From Alphaproteobacteria bacterium (GTDB lineage: Bacteria > Pseudomonadota > Alphaproteobacteria > CAAHEQ01 > UBA3637): a DNA stretch of 64,000 nt. Positions within the stretch are counted from its first letter, which is position 1; each line of letters starts with the position of its first letter. The notes below the pieces were generated by a model, which was not told the origin of the DNA, did not search any database, and was given only the letters and a program-made list of their open reading frames with translations. Where the stretch lies: assembly GCA_045118155.1 (NCBI GenBank), contig JBGUXS010000078.1:443-64442 (forward strand), in the 5' to 3' direction. A program made the position numbers and the translations under genes. Positions 9,663 through 18,818 of this stretch are shown here, in pieces.

Positions 9663-10118
9663 ATGTCATATATTACACGAACGCTTGGGGAAGACGAAAA
9701 AGTTCAAGTTGTCGCTAAATTACATTGGATTTGCTATGTTTATCCGACCCTACTTCTTTGCTTATGTTTATTCTGTGGTTTACTGGGATTAGGGGCTAAT
9801 CCTGTTTTCTTACTAATCAGCTTTCTGATTGGGCTTTTGGCTTTTTACCATTTTTTAAATTTAAACGCCATAGAAATGGTTGTCACCAACAGACGGGTTG
9901 TCTGTCGCAAGGGTATTATTGGGATTAAAACTTGGGAACTAAAAAACAATAAGGTAGAATCCATAGAAGTCAAGCAATCTCTAAAAGGGCGTATTCTAGG
10001 TTATGCAACCTTATGGTTTTCTGGCACAGGCACTTCCAAGGTGTGCTTTCAAAACATTAAAAATCCTTGGTCCCTAAAGAAAAAAATAGATTTGATCATT
10101 GGGAAAGACGAAGATTGA
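9663..10118 (+). CDS. Bacterial PH-domain (YdbT/DUF304-like) membrane protein
   Basis: 151 aa with two TM helices followed by a PH-like beta domain. A GAGG Shine-Dalgarno precedes the start. Confidence 0.55.
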   Translation: MSYITRTLGEDEKVQVVAKLHWICYVYPTLLLCLCLFCGLLGLGANPVFLLISFLIGLLAFYHFLNLNAIEMVVTNRRVVCRKGIIGIKTWELKNNKVESIEVKQSLKGRILGYATLWFSGTGTSKVCFQNIKNPWSLKKKIDLIIGKDED

Positions 10119-10149
10119 AAAATGGGCTTGAAAACCAAGCCCATTTTTT
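10117..10149. terminator. Bidirectional intrinsic terminator between the convergent PH-domain gene and rpsI
   Basis: AAAA-ATGGGCTTG-aaaac-CAAGCCCAT-TTTTTT. The A-tract before and T-tract after the stem give a U-run on both transcripts. Confidence 0.6.
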
Positions 10150-10163
10150 GATAACCCCAATTT

Positions 10164-10652
10164 TTAACGTTTGGAGAATTGGAACCGTTTTCTGGCCTTG
10201 GAGAACCCAGGCTTTTTCCGTTCCACCACCCGAGAATCCCGTGTTAAGAAACCGGCCCGTTTTAATAAGGTATGAAGTTCTGGTTCAAATAAATCCAAGC
10301 ATTTACTGATCCCATGACGCAAAGCATAAGCTTGCCCAGACAAACCACCACCACAAACGGTACATTGGACATCAAATTCACCAGCCCGGTTCGTAACCAT
10401 AAATGGTTGATTGATAATCATTTGCAACACTGGGCGTGGGAAATATTCAGCCATTTTCCGATCATTAACCGTGATAGTTCCTTTCCCCGGTTTAATTATC
10501 ACGCGGGCAATAGCATTTTTCTTTTTACCCGTGGCCTGAGAACGTCCCAAAGCGTCTTTCTTAGGTTGTCTTTTCGGTGCTTGTTCAGCCGCCGCCGGTG
10601 CTTCTGTCACCGTCTTTAAATCTTGCATTGATGTTACTGTTTCTTTTGTCAT
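10164..10652 (-). CDS. rpsI: 30S ribosomal protein S9 (with about 35-aa N-terminal extension)
   Basis: C-terminal [15 protein letters not shown] and the S9 core. It overlaps the rplM stop. Confidence 0.9.
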   Translation of the reverse strand: MTKETVTSMQDLKTVTEAPAAAEQAPKRQPKKDALGRSQATGKKKNAIARVIIKPGKGTITVNDRKMAEYFPRPVLQMIINQPFMVTNRAGEFDVQCTVCGGGLSGQAYALRHGISKCLDLFEPELHTLLKRAGFLTRDSRVVERKKPGFSKARKRFQFSKR

Positions 10653-11128
10653 TAAGCACCTCTTTTATTCTTCGGATTTTTAGAAGCAATATCCAACGGG
10701 GTCGGATTTTGCGCCTGATGCGTATGTTCTGCCCCAGCAAAAACACGTAATTTCGTCATTTGTTTTGCCCCTAATGGGTTCCGAGAAATCATGCGTTTTA
10801 CCGCCCGAAATAAAACCTCTTCAGGATGCTTTTCAAACATTTCTTTGATGGTTGTTTCTTTCAATCCACCCAAGTATCCTGAATAGTTATAATACATTTT
10901 TTCTGCCATTTTTTTGCCGGTCAATTTGACCTTAGCCGCATTAATGACCACCACATAGTCCCCGCAATCCTGACTAGGGGTATAACATGGTTTATTCTTC
11001 CCCCGTAAAATTGTGGCAATCTGACTGGCCAAACGCCCTAACACAACACCGTCGGCATCCACCAAATACCATTTGACATCACAATCCGCCGGTTTAAGGG
11101 TTTTCGTTGTTTTTGTTAATGTTGTCAT
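10652..11128 (-). CDS. rplM: 50S ribosomal protein L13
   Basis: L13 core ([21 protein letters not shown]). Confidence 0.9.
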   Translation of the reverse strand: MTTLTKTTKTLKPADCDVKWYLVDADGVVLGRLASQIATILRGKNKPCYTPSQDCGDYVVVINAAKVKLTGKKMAEKMYYNYSGYLGGLKETTIKEMFEKHPEEVLFRAVKRMISRNPLGAKQMTKLRVFAGAEHTHQAQNPTPLDIASKNPKNKRGA

Positions 11129-11157
11129 TTGTCATCCTTTTTAAATAATACGTTTTT

Positions 11158-11185
11158 ATTTTAACGTATTTTTTACGAAAGTCAA
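11158..11185 (-). promoter_or_regulatory. Sigma70-like promoter for rplM-rpsI: TTGACT, 16-nt spacer, TAAAAT
   Basis: The minus strand reads AAAAAATACTTGACTTTCGTAAAAAATACGTTAAAAT, about 25 nt upstream of the rplM ATG. Confidence 0.5.
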
Positions 11186-11203
11186 GTATTTTTTATGTTT
11201 TTT

Positions 11204-11227
11204 GGTGCGGTAATATTATACCGCACC
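11204..11227. other. Perfect 9-bp stem-loop 3' of pnp (GGTGCGGTA / TACCGCACC) that is not a canonical terminator
   Basis: The T-run precedes and the A-run follows the stem on the plus strand. The U-tract is therefore 5' of the hairpin on both transcripts. Confidence 0.5.
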
Positions 11228-11235
11228 AAAAATAC

Positions 11236-13428
11236 TTAATCTTCTTTATTTTCTAGCTTTTGTTCTTCAGTTTTTTCGGATTTATGCTCTTTTTCAGGTT
11301 TTTCTGCCTTTTCCGGCACAGGAATTTCTTCCCCTGTTTCCTGATTAACACACTTCATACTCAAACGAATTTTGCCTTTTTCAAGCCCCATGAATTTGAC
11401 CTTAACACGATCACCTTCTTTTAGAACATCAGTAACTTGTTTTACACGATGTTGGGCAATTTCAGAAATATGTACCAATCCGTCTTGCTTGCCACAGAAG
11501 TTCACAAAAGCCCCAAAATCCATGATTTTCACAACGGTTCCATCATAAATTTGACCAATTTCAGGTTCTGCCACAATATTTTTAATCATGGCTAAAGCTT
11601 TCTGGGCAGATTCTTCAGATAAAGAAGCAATTTGAATCACCCCATTATCATCAATATCAATTTTAGCCCCAGATTGTTCCACAATATCCCGAATCGTTTT
11701 ACCCCCAGATCCAATCACATCTTTAATTTTATCTTTGGCAATTTGGATTAAGGTAAGGCGTGGAGCATGAGCGCTAATTTCTGTCCGAGGTCCCTGCAAT
11801 GTTTCAGCAATTTTTCCCAAGATGAATAACCGCCCTTCTTTAGCTTGTTTTAAGGCTTTTTCCATAATTTCACGTGTAATGGATGTAATTTTAATATCCA
11901 TTTGCAAAGCGGTTACCCCATCGGCAGTTCCAGCCACTTTAAAATCCATATCCCCTAGGTGATCTTCATCCCCCATAATATCGGATAGGATAACAAAGTT
12001 ATCGGCTTCTTTCACAAGCCCCATTGCAATCCCCGCGACTGGCTTTTTCAAAGGGACCCCAGCATCCATTAATGCCAATGTTCCCCCACAAACCGTCGCC
12101 ATAGAAGAAGAACCGTTAGATTCCATAATATCTGAAACTACCCGAATGGAATAAGGGAATTCTTCCTTACTAGGCAACATCGGGTGCAATGCCCGCCAAG
12201 CCAATTTTCCGTGACCGATTTCACGACGTCCCGGACTACCAAGGCGACCAACTTCCCCCACAGAATACGGTGGAAAGTTATAGTGGAGTAAGAAACTTTC
12301 CTTATATTCCCCAGATAGGCAATCCACCACTTGTTCATCATCCGCAGTCCCCAACGTTGCTGTCACTAACGCTTGAGTTTCCCCACGCGTGAATAAAGCC
12401 GATCCATGCGCCCGACTTAACAATCCAACTTCGCTTTCAATCGGCCGAATAGTTTTTGTATCCCGCCCATCAATACGAATCCCCGTGTTTAAAACCGCTT
12501 CCCGCATAACTTTGGATTCCAAAGAATGGAAAATTTGATCACACATGTAAGGTTCCACATCTGGATTGTCGGCAAATAAACCTTGAGCCTTTTCCCGTAA
12601 TTCCGCAAGTTTATCAAGTCTAACCAATTTTTCGTGAATTTGGTAAGCCGCGGCAATATCTGCCCGCAATTCTTTTTCCAATGTTTGTTCCACTAAATCA
12701 AAAGAAGCTGGCTTTTCTGGAACTTCCCAAGCATCTTTAGCACATTCTTCAGCAAGTTCAATAATCATTTTGATAACGGGCTTTAATTGTTCATGCCCAA
12801 AATAAACCGCTTGCAACATGACATCTTCTGGTAATTCTTGTGCTTCGGATTCAACCATTAACACCCCTTCAAGGGTTCCGGCTACAACCAAATCCAACGC
12901 GGATTTTTCAAGATCTTTTGGACTAGGATTTAAGACATAATTTCCATCAATATACCCAACACGTGCCCCCGCGATAGGTCCTAAAAAAGGCAAGCCGGAT
13001 AACGTCAAGGCCGCGGATGACGCAATCATTGCCACAATATCAGCTTGCGTTTCTTTTTCAAAGTTAATTAATGTCGCGGTTACTTGTGTTTCGTTGTTAA
13101 AACCTTTTACAAACAAAGGCCGAATAGGCCGATCAATTAACCGTGATGTTAAAATTTCGTATTCACTAGGCTTTCCTTCCCGTTTGAAAAAGCCCCCAGG
13201 GAAACGCCCCGCCGCATATGTTTTTTCCTGATAATTCACCGTTAGCGGAATAAAATCTTCAAATTTTTCTGGTGGAACCTTACTGGCACATACGGCTGCA
13301 TGTACCATTGTTTCCCCGTATTTTACAATAACGGAACCATCTGCCTGACGTCCAATCTTACCTGTTTCAATACTTAAGGTTTTGTCTCCCCATTGAATTT
13401 CTTTACGATAAATTTTAAATAATGACAT
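11236..13428 (-). CDS. pnp: Polynucleotide phosphorylase
   Basis: 730 aa with two RNase PH domains plus KH and S1 domains. It also has a Lys/Glu-rich C-terminal tail. Confidence 0.95.
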   Translation of the reverse strand: MSLFKIYRKEIQWGDKTLSIETGKIGRQADGSVIVKYGETMVHAAVCASKVPPEKFEDFIPLTVNYQEKTYAAGRFPGGFFKREGKPSEYEILTSRLIDRPIRPLFVKGFNNETQVTATLINFEKETQADIVAMIASSAALTLSGLPFLGPIAGARVGYIDGNYVLNPSPKDLEKSALDLVVAGTLEGVLMVESEAQELPEDVMLQAVYFGHEQLKPVIKMIIELAEECAKDAWEVPEKPASFDLVEQTLEKELRADIAAAYQIHEKLVRLDKLAELREKAQGLFADNPDVEPYMCDQIFHSLESKVMREAVLNTGIRIDGRDTKTIRPIESEVGLLSRAHGSALFTRGETQALVTATLGTADDEQVVDCLSGEYKESFLLHYNFPPYSVGEVGRLGSPGRREIGHGKLAWRALHPMLPSKEEFPYSIRVVSDIMESNGSSSMATVCGGTLALMDAGVPLKKPVAGIAMGLVKEADNFVILSDIMGDEDHLGDMDFKVAGTADGVTALQMDIKITSITREIMEKALKQAKEGRLFILGKIAETLQGPRTEISAHAPRLTLIQIAKDKIKDVIGSGGKTIRDIVEQSGAKIDIDDNGVIQIASLSEESAQKALAMIKNIVAEPEIGQIYDGTVVKIMDFGAFVNFCGKQDGLVHISEIAQHRVKQVTDVLKEGDRVKVKFMGLEKGKIRLSMKCVNQETGEEIPVPEKAEKPEKEHKSEKTEEQKLENKED

Positions 13429-13452
13429 ATTTTCTCTTTCCTTCCAATAAAA

Positions 13453-13485
13453 AGGGCCTTTACCCTTGCAAAGGCCCTGACAAAC
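13453..13485 (-). terminator. rpsO terminator / pnp leader hairpin
   Basis: A 9-bp stem AGGGCCTTT/AAAGGCCCT with an 8-nt loop, followed on the minus strand by UUUUAUU. It lies between the rpsO stop and the pnp start, as in the E. coli rpsO-pnp arrangement. Confidence 0.55.
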
Positions 13486-13755
13486 TTACTTGCGCAAACC
13501 TAAGCGCCGTAAAATATCTTCATACCTCTTCACTTCTTTCTTTTTCAGGTATGTAAGCAGTGACCGTCGTTCTGCCACCATTTTCAACAATCCACGCCGT
13601 GAATGGAAATCCTTAGCATGTGTTTTCATGTGTTCTGATAAGTCCTTAATCCGTTCGGTTAAAATAGCAATTTGAACCTCTGGTGAACCGGTATCAGTTG
13701 GTGACAAAGCAAATTCTTTGATCAACTGTTGTTTTTTTTCTTTACTTAACGACAT
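13486..13755 (-). CDS. rpsO: 30S ribosomal protein S15
   Basis: 89-aa S15. Confidence 0.95.
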   Translation of the reverse strand: MSLSKEKKQQLIKEFALSPTDTGSPEVQIAILTERIKDLSEHMKTHAKDFHSRRGLLKMVAERRSLLTYLKKKEVKRYEDILRRLGLRK

Positions 13756-14668
13756 CCTCTATCCTTTCTATTTGTTCAATTAACATTCGTTTTGGCTTCA
13801 AGATGTATCCATCCCAAAAGGCCAACACCACACTTTGATTCTGCCAAGTCACAAGAACCATTCCCTTTTTTTCTGGGAGAAGTCCCTGCTTTACACGCAA
13901 TGCCTGTCCTTGGCACAACCGCCTTGCTTCTTCTTCCGAAACGGCCAGAACCAAGATGTCGTCCAGTACGGTCGCAATCGGTTTCAATAACAAGACTCTG
14001 GCATTATACTCTAGTTTTTCAATAAAATCAAGTGAAATCTCTTCCTTTGCCGTAAAGCACCCACAAGAGGTCCGACATAATTTTGAAATTGTGCCACAAC
14101 TCCCTAAGGCCAAGGCCAAATCTCGTCCCAAAGAACGAACATATGTCCCTTTGGAACAACGTACAGAAAAACTAGCTTCATGCCCCGCTTTTTTTAATAA
14201 TTTCAATTCATAAATCTGAATTTCCCTAGAGGCCAATTCAACCTTTTCCCCATTGCGGGCCAAAGCATAGGCCCGCTTTCCCCCTACTTTAAGGGCACTA
14301 TATACGGGGGGAACTTGACGAATTTTCCCTAAAAACTTGGGTAAAATTGCCCTAATTTCCTTTGCCGTTGGAATATAGGTACTTTGGGAAATAACTTCCC
14401 CTTCCAAATCATCGGTAGTGGTCTGTACCCCAAAACGAATGGTAAAATCATAGGCTTTTTCCCCATCCATCACATAAGGAATTAATTTTGTTGCTTTTCC
14501 AAATGCAATCGGCAGCACCCCTGTTGCCAGTGGGTCCAAAGTCCCTGTATGCCCTATTTTAGCAGGATGATAAAGGCGTTTCAAACGCCCAACCACCTGT
14601 GCAGACGTCAAACCCGCTGGTTTATCAATAACCAACCATCCAGATAAAAAATTAATTTCCTTAGGCAT
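13742..14668 (-). CDS. truB: tRNA pseudouridine-55 synthase
   Basis: [16 protein letters not shown] motif; its end overlaps the rpsO start. Confidence 0.9.
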   Translation of the reverse strand: MPKEINFLSGWLVIDKPAGLTSAQVVGRLKRLYHPAKIGHTGTLDPLATGVLPIAFGKATKLIPYVMDGEKAYDFTIRFGVQTTTDDLEGEVISQSTYIPTAKEIRAILPKFLGKIRQVPPVYSALKVGGKRAYALARNGEKVELASREIQIYELKLLKKAGHEASFSVRCSKGTYVRSLGRDLALALGSCGTISKLCRTSCGCFTAKEEISLDFIEKLEYNARVLLLKPIATVLDDILVLAVSEEEARRLCQGQALRVKQGLLPEKKGMVLVTWQNQSVVLAFWDGYILKPKRMLIEQIERIEDVVK

Positions 14669-15059
14669 GGGCCACCAATGAACGTACCCGTTCTACCATA
14701 GAAAAAAAACCATTCCGACGCGTGGGGGATAAATGATCTTCTAGACCTAAATCCTTAAAAATCCGTTCTATATCCAATTCCCGAATAAAAGCAGCTGTTT
14801 GCCCATTAATTAGGGAAAGTAAAATAGCCTCTAACCCCCGTACAATAAAGGCATCGCTATCGGCAACAAAAAAGAACTTATCCCCTTTTTGCTGAACAGT
14901 AATCCACACTTGTGATTGGCATCCTTGGACCTTATGGGCTTCTGTTTTATCTTCTTCTGGCATCGGGGGTAAACTCTGTCCTAATTCAATTAGGTATTGG
15001 TATTTTTCTTCCCAATCCGTAAATAAAGAAAAATTATCAATTAATTCCTGTTCTGTCAT
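14661..15059 (-). CDS. sufE: SufE-like cysteine desulfuration/sulfur-acceptor protein
   Basis: 132 aa with a SufE-like fold signature including a conserved Cys (GCQSQVW). Confidence 0.7.
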   Translation of the reverse strand: MTEQELIDNFSLFTDWEEKYQYLIELGQSLPPMPEEDKTEAHKVQGCQSQVWITVQQKGDKFFFVADSDAFIVRGLEAILLSLINGQTAAFIRELDIERIFKDLGLEDHLSPTRRNGFFSMVERVRSLVAHA

Positions 15060-16462
15060 TCAATGTTTTTTAATCCTTCTAGTGTTAATTTTACCTTTAT
15101 TATATCAACACTGCGATTTTTTTCATCAAAAATACGCTTATCCTCTTGTAAAAAAGGACGTAAGTCTTTTAATAATCCAGCATCTTCAGTAGCTTGACAC
15201 GCTGAATTTTGTAAAAATTCTTTTTCTTGAGGGGTTGTTTGAACCGCCACATTTTGTAAATAGGTTTGCATCAAAGTACATTGTTCTTCATCAATCGGTT
15301 TGGCTGGGGGAGAAATAGCATCAAAATTCCGAATAAGAAATTCAATATCTCCAACGGGTTTTTCCTTTTCAATCTGTCCTGTAAAATGCACATCTATAAC
15401 CGCTTGTACACTTTCCAAACTTCCTTTAACATCCAAATCAGCCCCTTTTAGCAGCCCCCAAGAAAAATCTTTAGAAAGCAATTGTTCTACTAATATTTCA
15501 CGATCAAACTTTTTGGCTTTGATAACTAATTTTCCCTTTTCTGGGATAAACCCTTTGGTCGGGACATTCCCTATACACGCGAATGTTAGGTTAATTTCAG
15601 CTTCCTCCCCCTTAAATTCTACTTGCCCTTCTACCTGCGTTAAAATAATCTTTCTGGGGTAAACGGGAAATACTAAATCCGCCTGTGGTATTTCAAATTC
15701 AATTTTTCCTGTATCCGCCAATAACCATGCATTATGTAAAATAGGGGCTAATCCCTGAAACCGTGCTTTTTCCGTTAAAGAAGCCACCGTCCCTTGCACT
15801 TCTTTCCCCGTAAATGTCAACCCCAAAAGGGAGGCTTTTTGTTCAATAACGGGAACATGCCCCAAAAAAGAAAACATATATTTGCCGTTTGCTTCATCCA
15901 CTTTCAATTGCCATTCGGGGCGCGTCAGGTGTACATGGCTAGCACTCCACCGATCTTCGGCAATCAAATCCCAATACGGGTGCCATTTAAATTCATTTTG
16001 CCACTTTTCAACATAGAAAAAATTGGGTTCAAATACCGCGGTTGCAAAACCTTCTAGTTGTTCTTTTGGGGGAAAGTGTCCCCGATATAACGTCGTCCCT
16101 TCTAATTGCCCATCTGGGGTCAATAATACCCCTTGTGTAGGGAAAGTCATTTCATCCGGTGTTTCTTTAAGTGGCATCCAAACGGTCAGAACTTTTTTCT
16201 TCAAGTCTAAATCATTCTTCACAGATGCTTCTGGCAATATTAAACTTGCTTGATCGGCTCGTTGTTGCAAAACAGCCCCCGAAATCCCCAATGCCTTTAA
16301 CTTCGCCCTTAGGGCCTTAGCCAAAGTATCATGATCCGGTCGTGTCAACACAGTGGATGGGGTTACGTAAGACATAGCATTAGGGAAAAAACGCGTTAAC
16401 ACCGCGCCTTGCAAAGCAACTGCCCCTACAAGAGCCAGACGTCCCAATAATTTTGCTAACAT
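15056..16462 (-). CDS. Hypothetical secreted/periplasmic protein (468 aa)
   Basis: N-terminal signal-like segment LALVGAVALQGAV. No recognisable domain. It is co-directional with sufE-truB. Confidence 0.45.
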   Translation of the reverse strand: MLAKLLGRLALVGAVALQGAVLTRFFPNAMSYVTPSTVLTRPDHDTLAKALRAKLKALGISGAVLQQRADQASLILPEASVKNDLDLKKKVLTVWMPLKETPDEMTFPTQGVLLTPDGQLEGTTLYRGHFPPKEQLEGFATAVFEPNFFYVEKWQNEFKWHPYWDLIAEDRWSASHVHLTRPEWQLKVDEANGKYMFSFLGHVPVIEQKASLLGLTFTGKEVQGTVASLTEKARFQGLAPILHNAWLLADTGKIEFEIPQADLVFPVYPRKIILTQVEGQVEFKGEEAEINLTFACIGNVPTKGFIPEKGKLVIKAKKFDREILVEQLLSKDFSWGLLKGADLDVKGSLESVQAVIDVHFTGQIEKEKPVGDIEFLIRNFDAISPPAKPIDEEQCTLMQTYLQNVAVQTTPQEKEFLQNSACQATEDAGLLKDLRPFLQEDKRIFDEKNRSVDIIKVKLTLEGLKNIE

Positions 16463-16552
16463 ATTACAGTCTCCATCTTAAGCCTACAAGTATTTATGTA
16501 AAATCACAAGTTTTTTCTTTTATTTTTACATAAAGGGTATAAACTTTTCATC

Positions 16553-17224
16553 ATGACATGGGAACTAAAAGAATTTGATGTCGTACTTAGCACAAATGAA
16601 ACAGCTTGCGACTATCCACCGTTTACAGTTGTTATTGCAGGACGACAACTTAAAGGGCGTGGCCGAATGGGACGTGTTTGGCAAAGTCCATTGGGTAATT
16701 TATATGCCAGCTTCGTTTTCCCTAAAACGCAAACGCCTCCTGCTTTTTTATCATTTTTACTAGGGGTTTCTGTTGTTCAAACCTTGCACAAACCTGTTGC
16801 CTTAAAATGGCCAAATGATATTTTGCTCAATGGGAAAAAATGTGGGGGAATTTTATTAGAACAAGAAGACGATAAAATTATTGCTGGTTTAGGTTTAAAT
16901 CTTAGCTCTTGCCCTAAAAGCGGAGTTATGTATCCTGTGACACATCTAGGATATCGGGGAACCCCCGCTCTTTTTACAAAACGTCTATTAAAAAGCATTG
17001 AAAAAAATTATGAACTTTTAGAAACAAAGGGCTTTCCCTATCTTCGGGAAATATGGCTATCGCACGCTTATGGGCTAAAAGGTCCTGTCAAAGCTGTCTT
17101 GCCCAACAAAGAATTAACAGGCATTTTTTACGATTTAACCCCAAATGGGGAACTTGTTCTTATTACCCCAGATAACAAGAAACATCTTATTTCTTGTGGG
17201 GATATCTTTTTTAAGAAACCTTAA
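16553..17224 (+). CDS. birA: Biotin-[acetyl-CoA-carboxylase] ligase (no N-terminal HTH)
   Basis: GRGRMGRVWQSPLGNLYAS motif of the BirA/BPL family. At 223 aa it is consistent with a group I enzyme lacking the repressor domain. Confidence 0.8.
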   Translation: MTWELKEFDVVLSTNETACDYPPFTVVIAGRQLKGRGRMGRVWQSPLGNLYASFVFPKTQTPPAFLSFLLGVSVVQTLHKPVALKWPNDILLNGKKCGGILLEQEDDKIIAGLGLNLSSCPKSGVMYPVTHLGYRGTPALFTKRLLKSIEKNYELLETKGFPYLREIWLSHAYGLKGPVKAVLPNKELTGIFYDLTPNGELVLITPDNKKHLISCGDIFFKKP

Positions 17225-17303
17225 CTTATCACTTTTACGTTCGCATACGCTCACCGAACTCCCTCAACGTGAGTTCTCATCTTCTTTAATATTTACCTTG
17301 AAA

Positions 17304-17393
17304 TGGCGGATGGAGTGAGATTCGAACTCACGTTGGGCGTAAACCCAAACACACTTTCCAGGCGTGCGCCTTCAACCACTCGGCCATCCATCC
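17304..17393 (-). tRNA. tRNA-Ser (anticodon GGA)
   Basis: 90-nt cloverleaf GGATGGATGGCCGAGTGGTTGAAGGCGCACGCCTGGAAAGTGTG...long variable arm...GAGTTCGAATCTCACTCCATCCGCCA. Anticodon loop CTGGAAA; encoded CCA. Confidence 0.85.
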
Positions 17394-17444
17394 ACATTGT
17401 TTATTAAAGCATATTTTTACTCAAAAATCAAGAGATATATTTTC

Positions 17445-18818
17445 CTATCCCCCAAGAGCTTTATAGATATGAATTAAATCCTGATATAAGGCATGGGTTG
17501 CCTGCACAAGTTCTCTTTGGCCAGCAATTAAATTCTGAAAAGCCGTGAGTACTTCAGAAAATGAAATCAACCCCCCAGTATATTTATCATATGTCAACTG
17601 ATAAACTTGTTGTAAATGGCTTAAACTTTGGTGCCTTAAATCATGAGTTTTTAAATCTTGATCTAACTCAACATAGGCATTTTTCACTTCATGAACCGCC
17701 GTCAGTAAAGCCTTTTCATAAGCAAGCAATTTTTCTTCCTTCATTTCTTTTTGAAGGATAATATTCTGTCGTAATACGCCCCAGTGAAACAACGGGGTAC
17801 TTACCCCAGGAAGTAGATGATATGTATAACTTTTATGATTAAGCAAAGAACTGACTTTATTATCTTGAAATCCCAAAAAAGTAGATAAATTGACTTTTGG
17901 GAAAAGCTCAGCAACAGCCATCCCAACAGCCGCATTTTGCCCAATTAATTCTTCTTCGGCGACACGGACATCTGGCCGATTCCGAAGCAATGAAACGCTA
18001 GCATCATACACCCGATTAACATCAAACAAAAACGGCTCTAAAATAATATTATGGGAACTTGCCAACTCTTTATTAAGCGTATTTGGTAAGTTCCCCAATA
18101 ATAAAGCAAGCGTATTTTTCTCTACCTGTTCTTGGGCTTTTAAGCCAGGTAATGCCGCCTTTGTTTCTGCTAACAAATATTTGGCTTGTTCTAATTCTAA
18201 TTTCGTTTCCAAGCCACTTTGATATTTCTTTTGAACCAAGTGTAACAAATCTTCTTGTGTCTTTATATTGCGCTGTAATAGGGATATCTGAGCTTGGACC
18301 ATACGTAATGACATATAAGCTAACGCTAATTGTGCCTGCACAGAAACAAAGACATTTTTTAATGCTTCTTGGGCCCCACGATAACTACTTTCTGCTTGCT
18401 CTGTCTGGCGACGTCCTCCGCCAAAGATATCTAATTCCCAATTGACATCAAAACCAACTTGATAATAATCTTCCTTAAGCAACATTGGCATAGATTTAGG
18501 CTCTTTTACATAGGTATACCCCGCTTCAATATCCACCATCGGTAAATTCTGCACGGATGTCTTTTTTAAAAAAGCACGTGCTTGTCTTAACCGCATAAGC
18601 GCTTGCCCAATATCTAGATTTTGTTCAGCTGTTTTAGTAAGCATACGGGTTAAAGGGGCTTCGTGAAAATCACTTAAATGAAAAGGTGCGTGAACCTGTT
18701 TGTTTTGAGATAAACCTAAAATTTGAGCCACTTCTTTATCTTCAAAAAAGATGGGACGTTGATAATCCGGTCCAACCGTGCACGAAACCAACACAAAAAA
18801 AAGAATAATTTTTTTCAT
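17445..18818 (-). CDS. RND efflux outer-membrane factor lipoprotein (NodT/OprM/TolC family)
   Basis: Lipobox LVSCTVGPDYQRP; 457 aa. It overlaps the RND pump gene by 4 nt. Confidence 0.85.
   Translation of the reverse strand: MKKIILFFVLVSCTVGPDYQRPIFFEDKEVAQILGLSQNKQVHAPFHLSDFHEAPLTRMLTKTAEQNLDIGQALMRLRQARAFLKKTSVQNLPMVDIEAGYTYVKEPKSMPMLLKEDYYQVGFDVNWELDIFGGGRRQTEQAESSYRGAQEALKNVFVSVQAQLALAYMSLRMVQAQISLLQRNIKTQEDLLHLVQKKYQSGLETKLELEQAKYLLAETKAALPGLKAQEQVEKNTLALLLGNLPNTLNKELASSHNIILEPFLFDVNRVYDASVSLLRNRPDVRVAEEELIGQNAAVGMAVAELFPKVNLSTFLGFQDNKVSSLLNHKSYTYHLLPGVSTPLFHWGVLRQNIILQKEMKEEKLLAYEKALLTAVHEVKNAYVELDQDLKTHDLRHQSLSHLQQVYQLTYDKYTGGLISFSEVLTAFQNLIAGQRELVQATHALYQDLIHIYKALGG

Noticed and set aside
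10117-10149. Possible small ORF or attenuator at the PH-gene/rpsI junction
   Set aside because: It is better explained as a simple bidirectional intrinsic terminator: GC stem with an A-tract on one side and a T-tract on the other.
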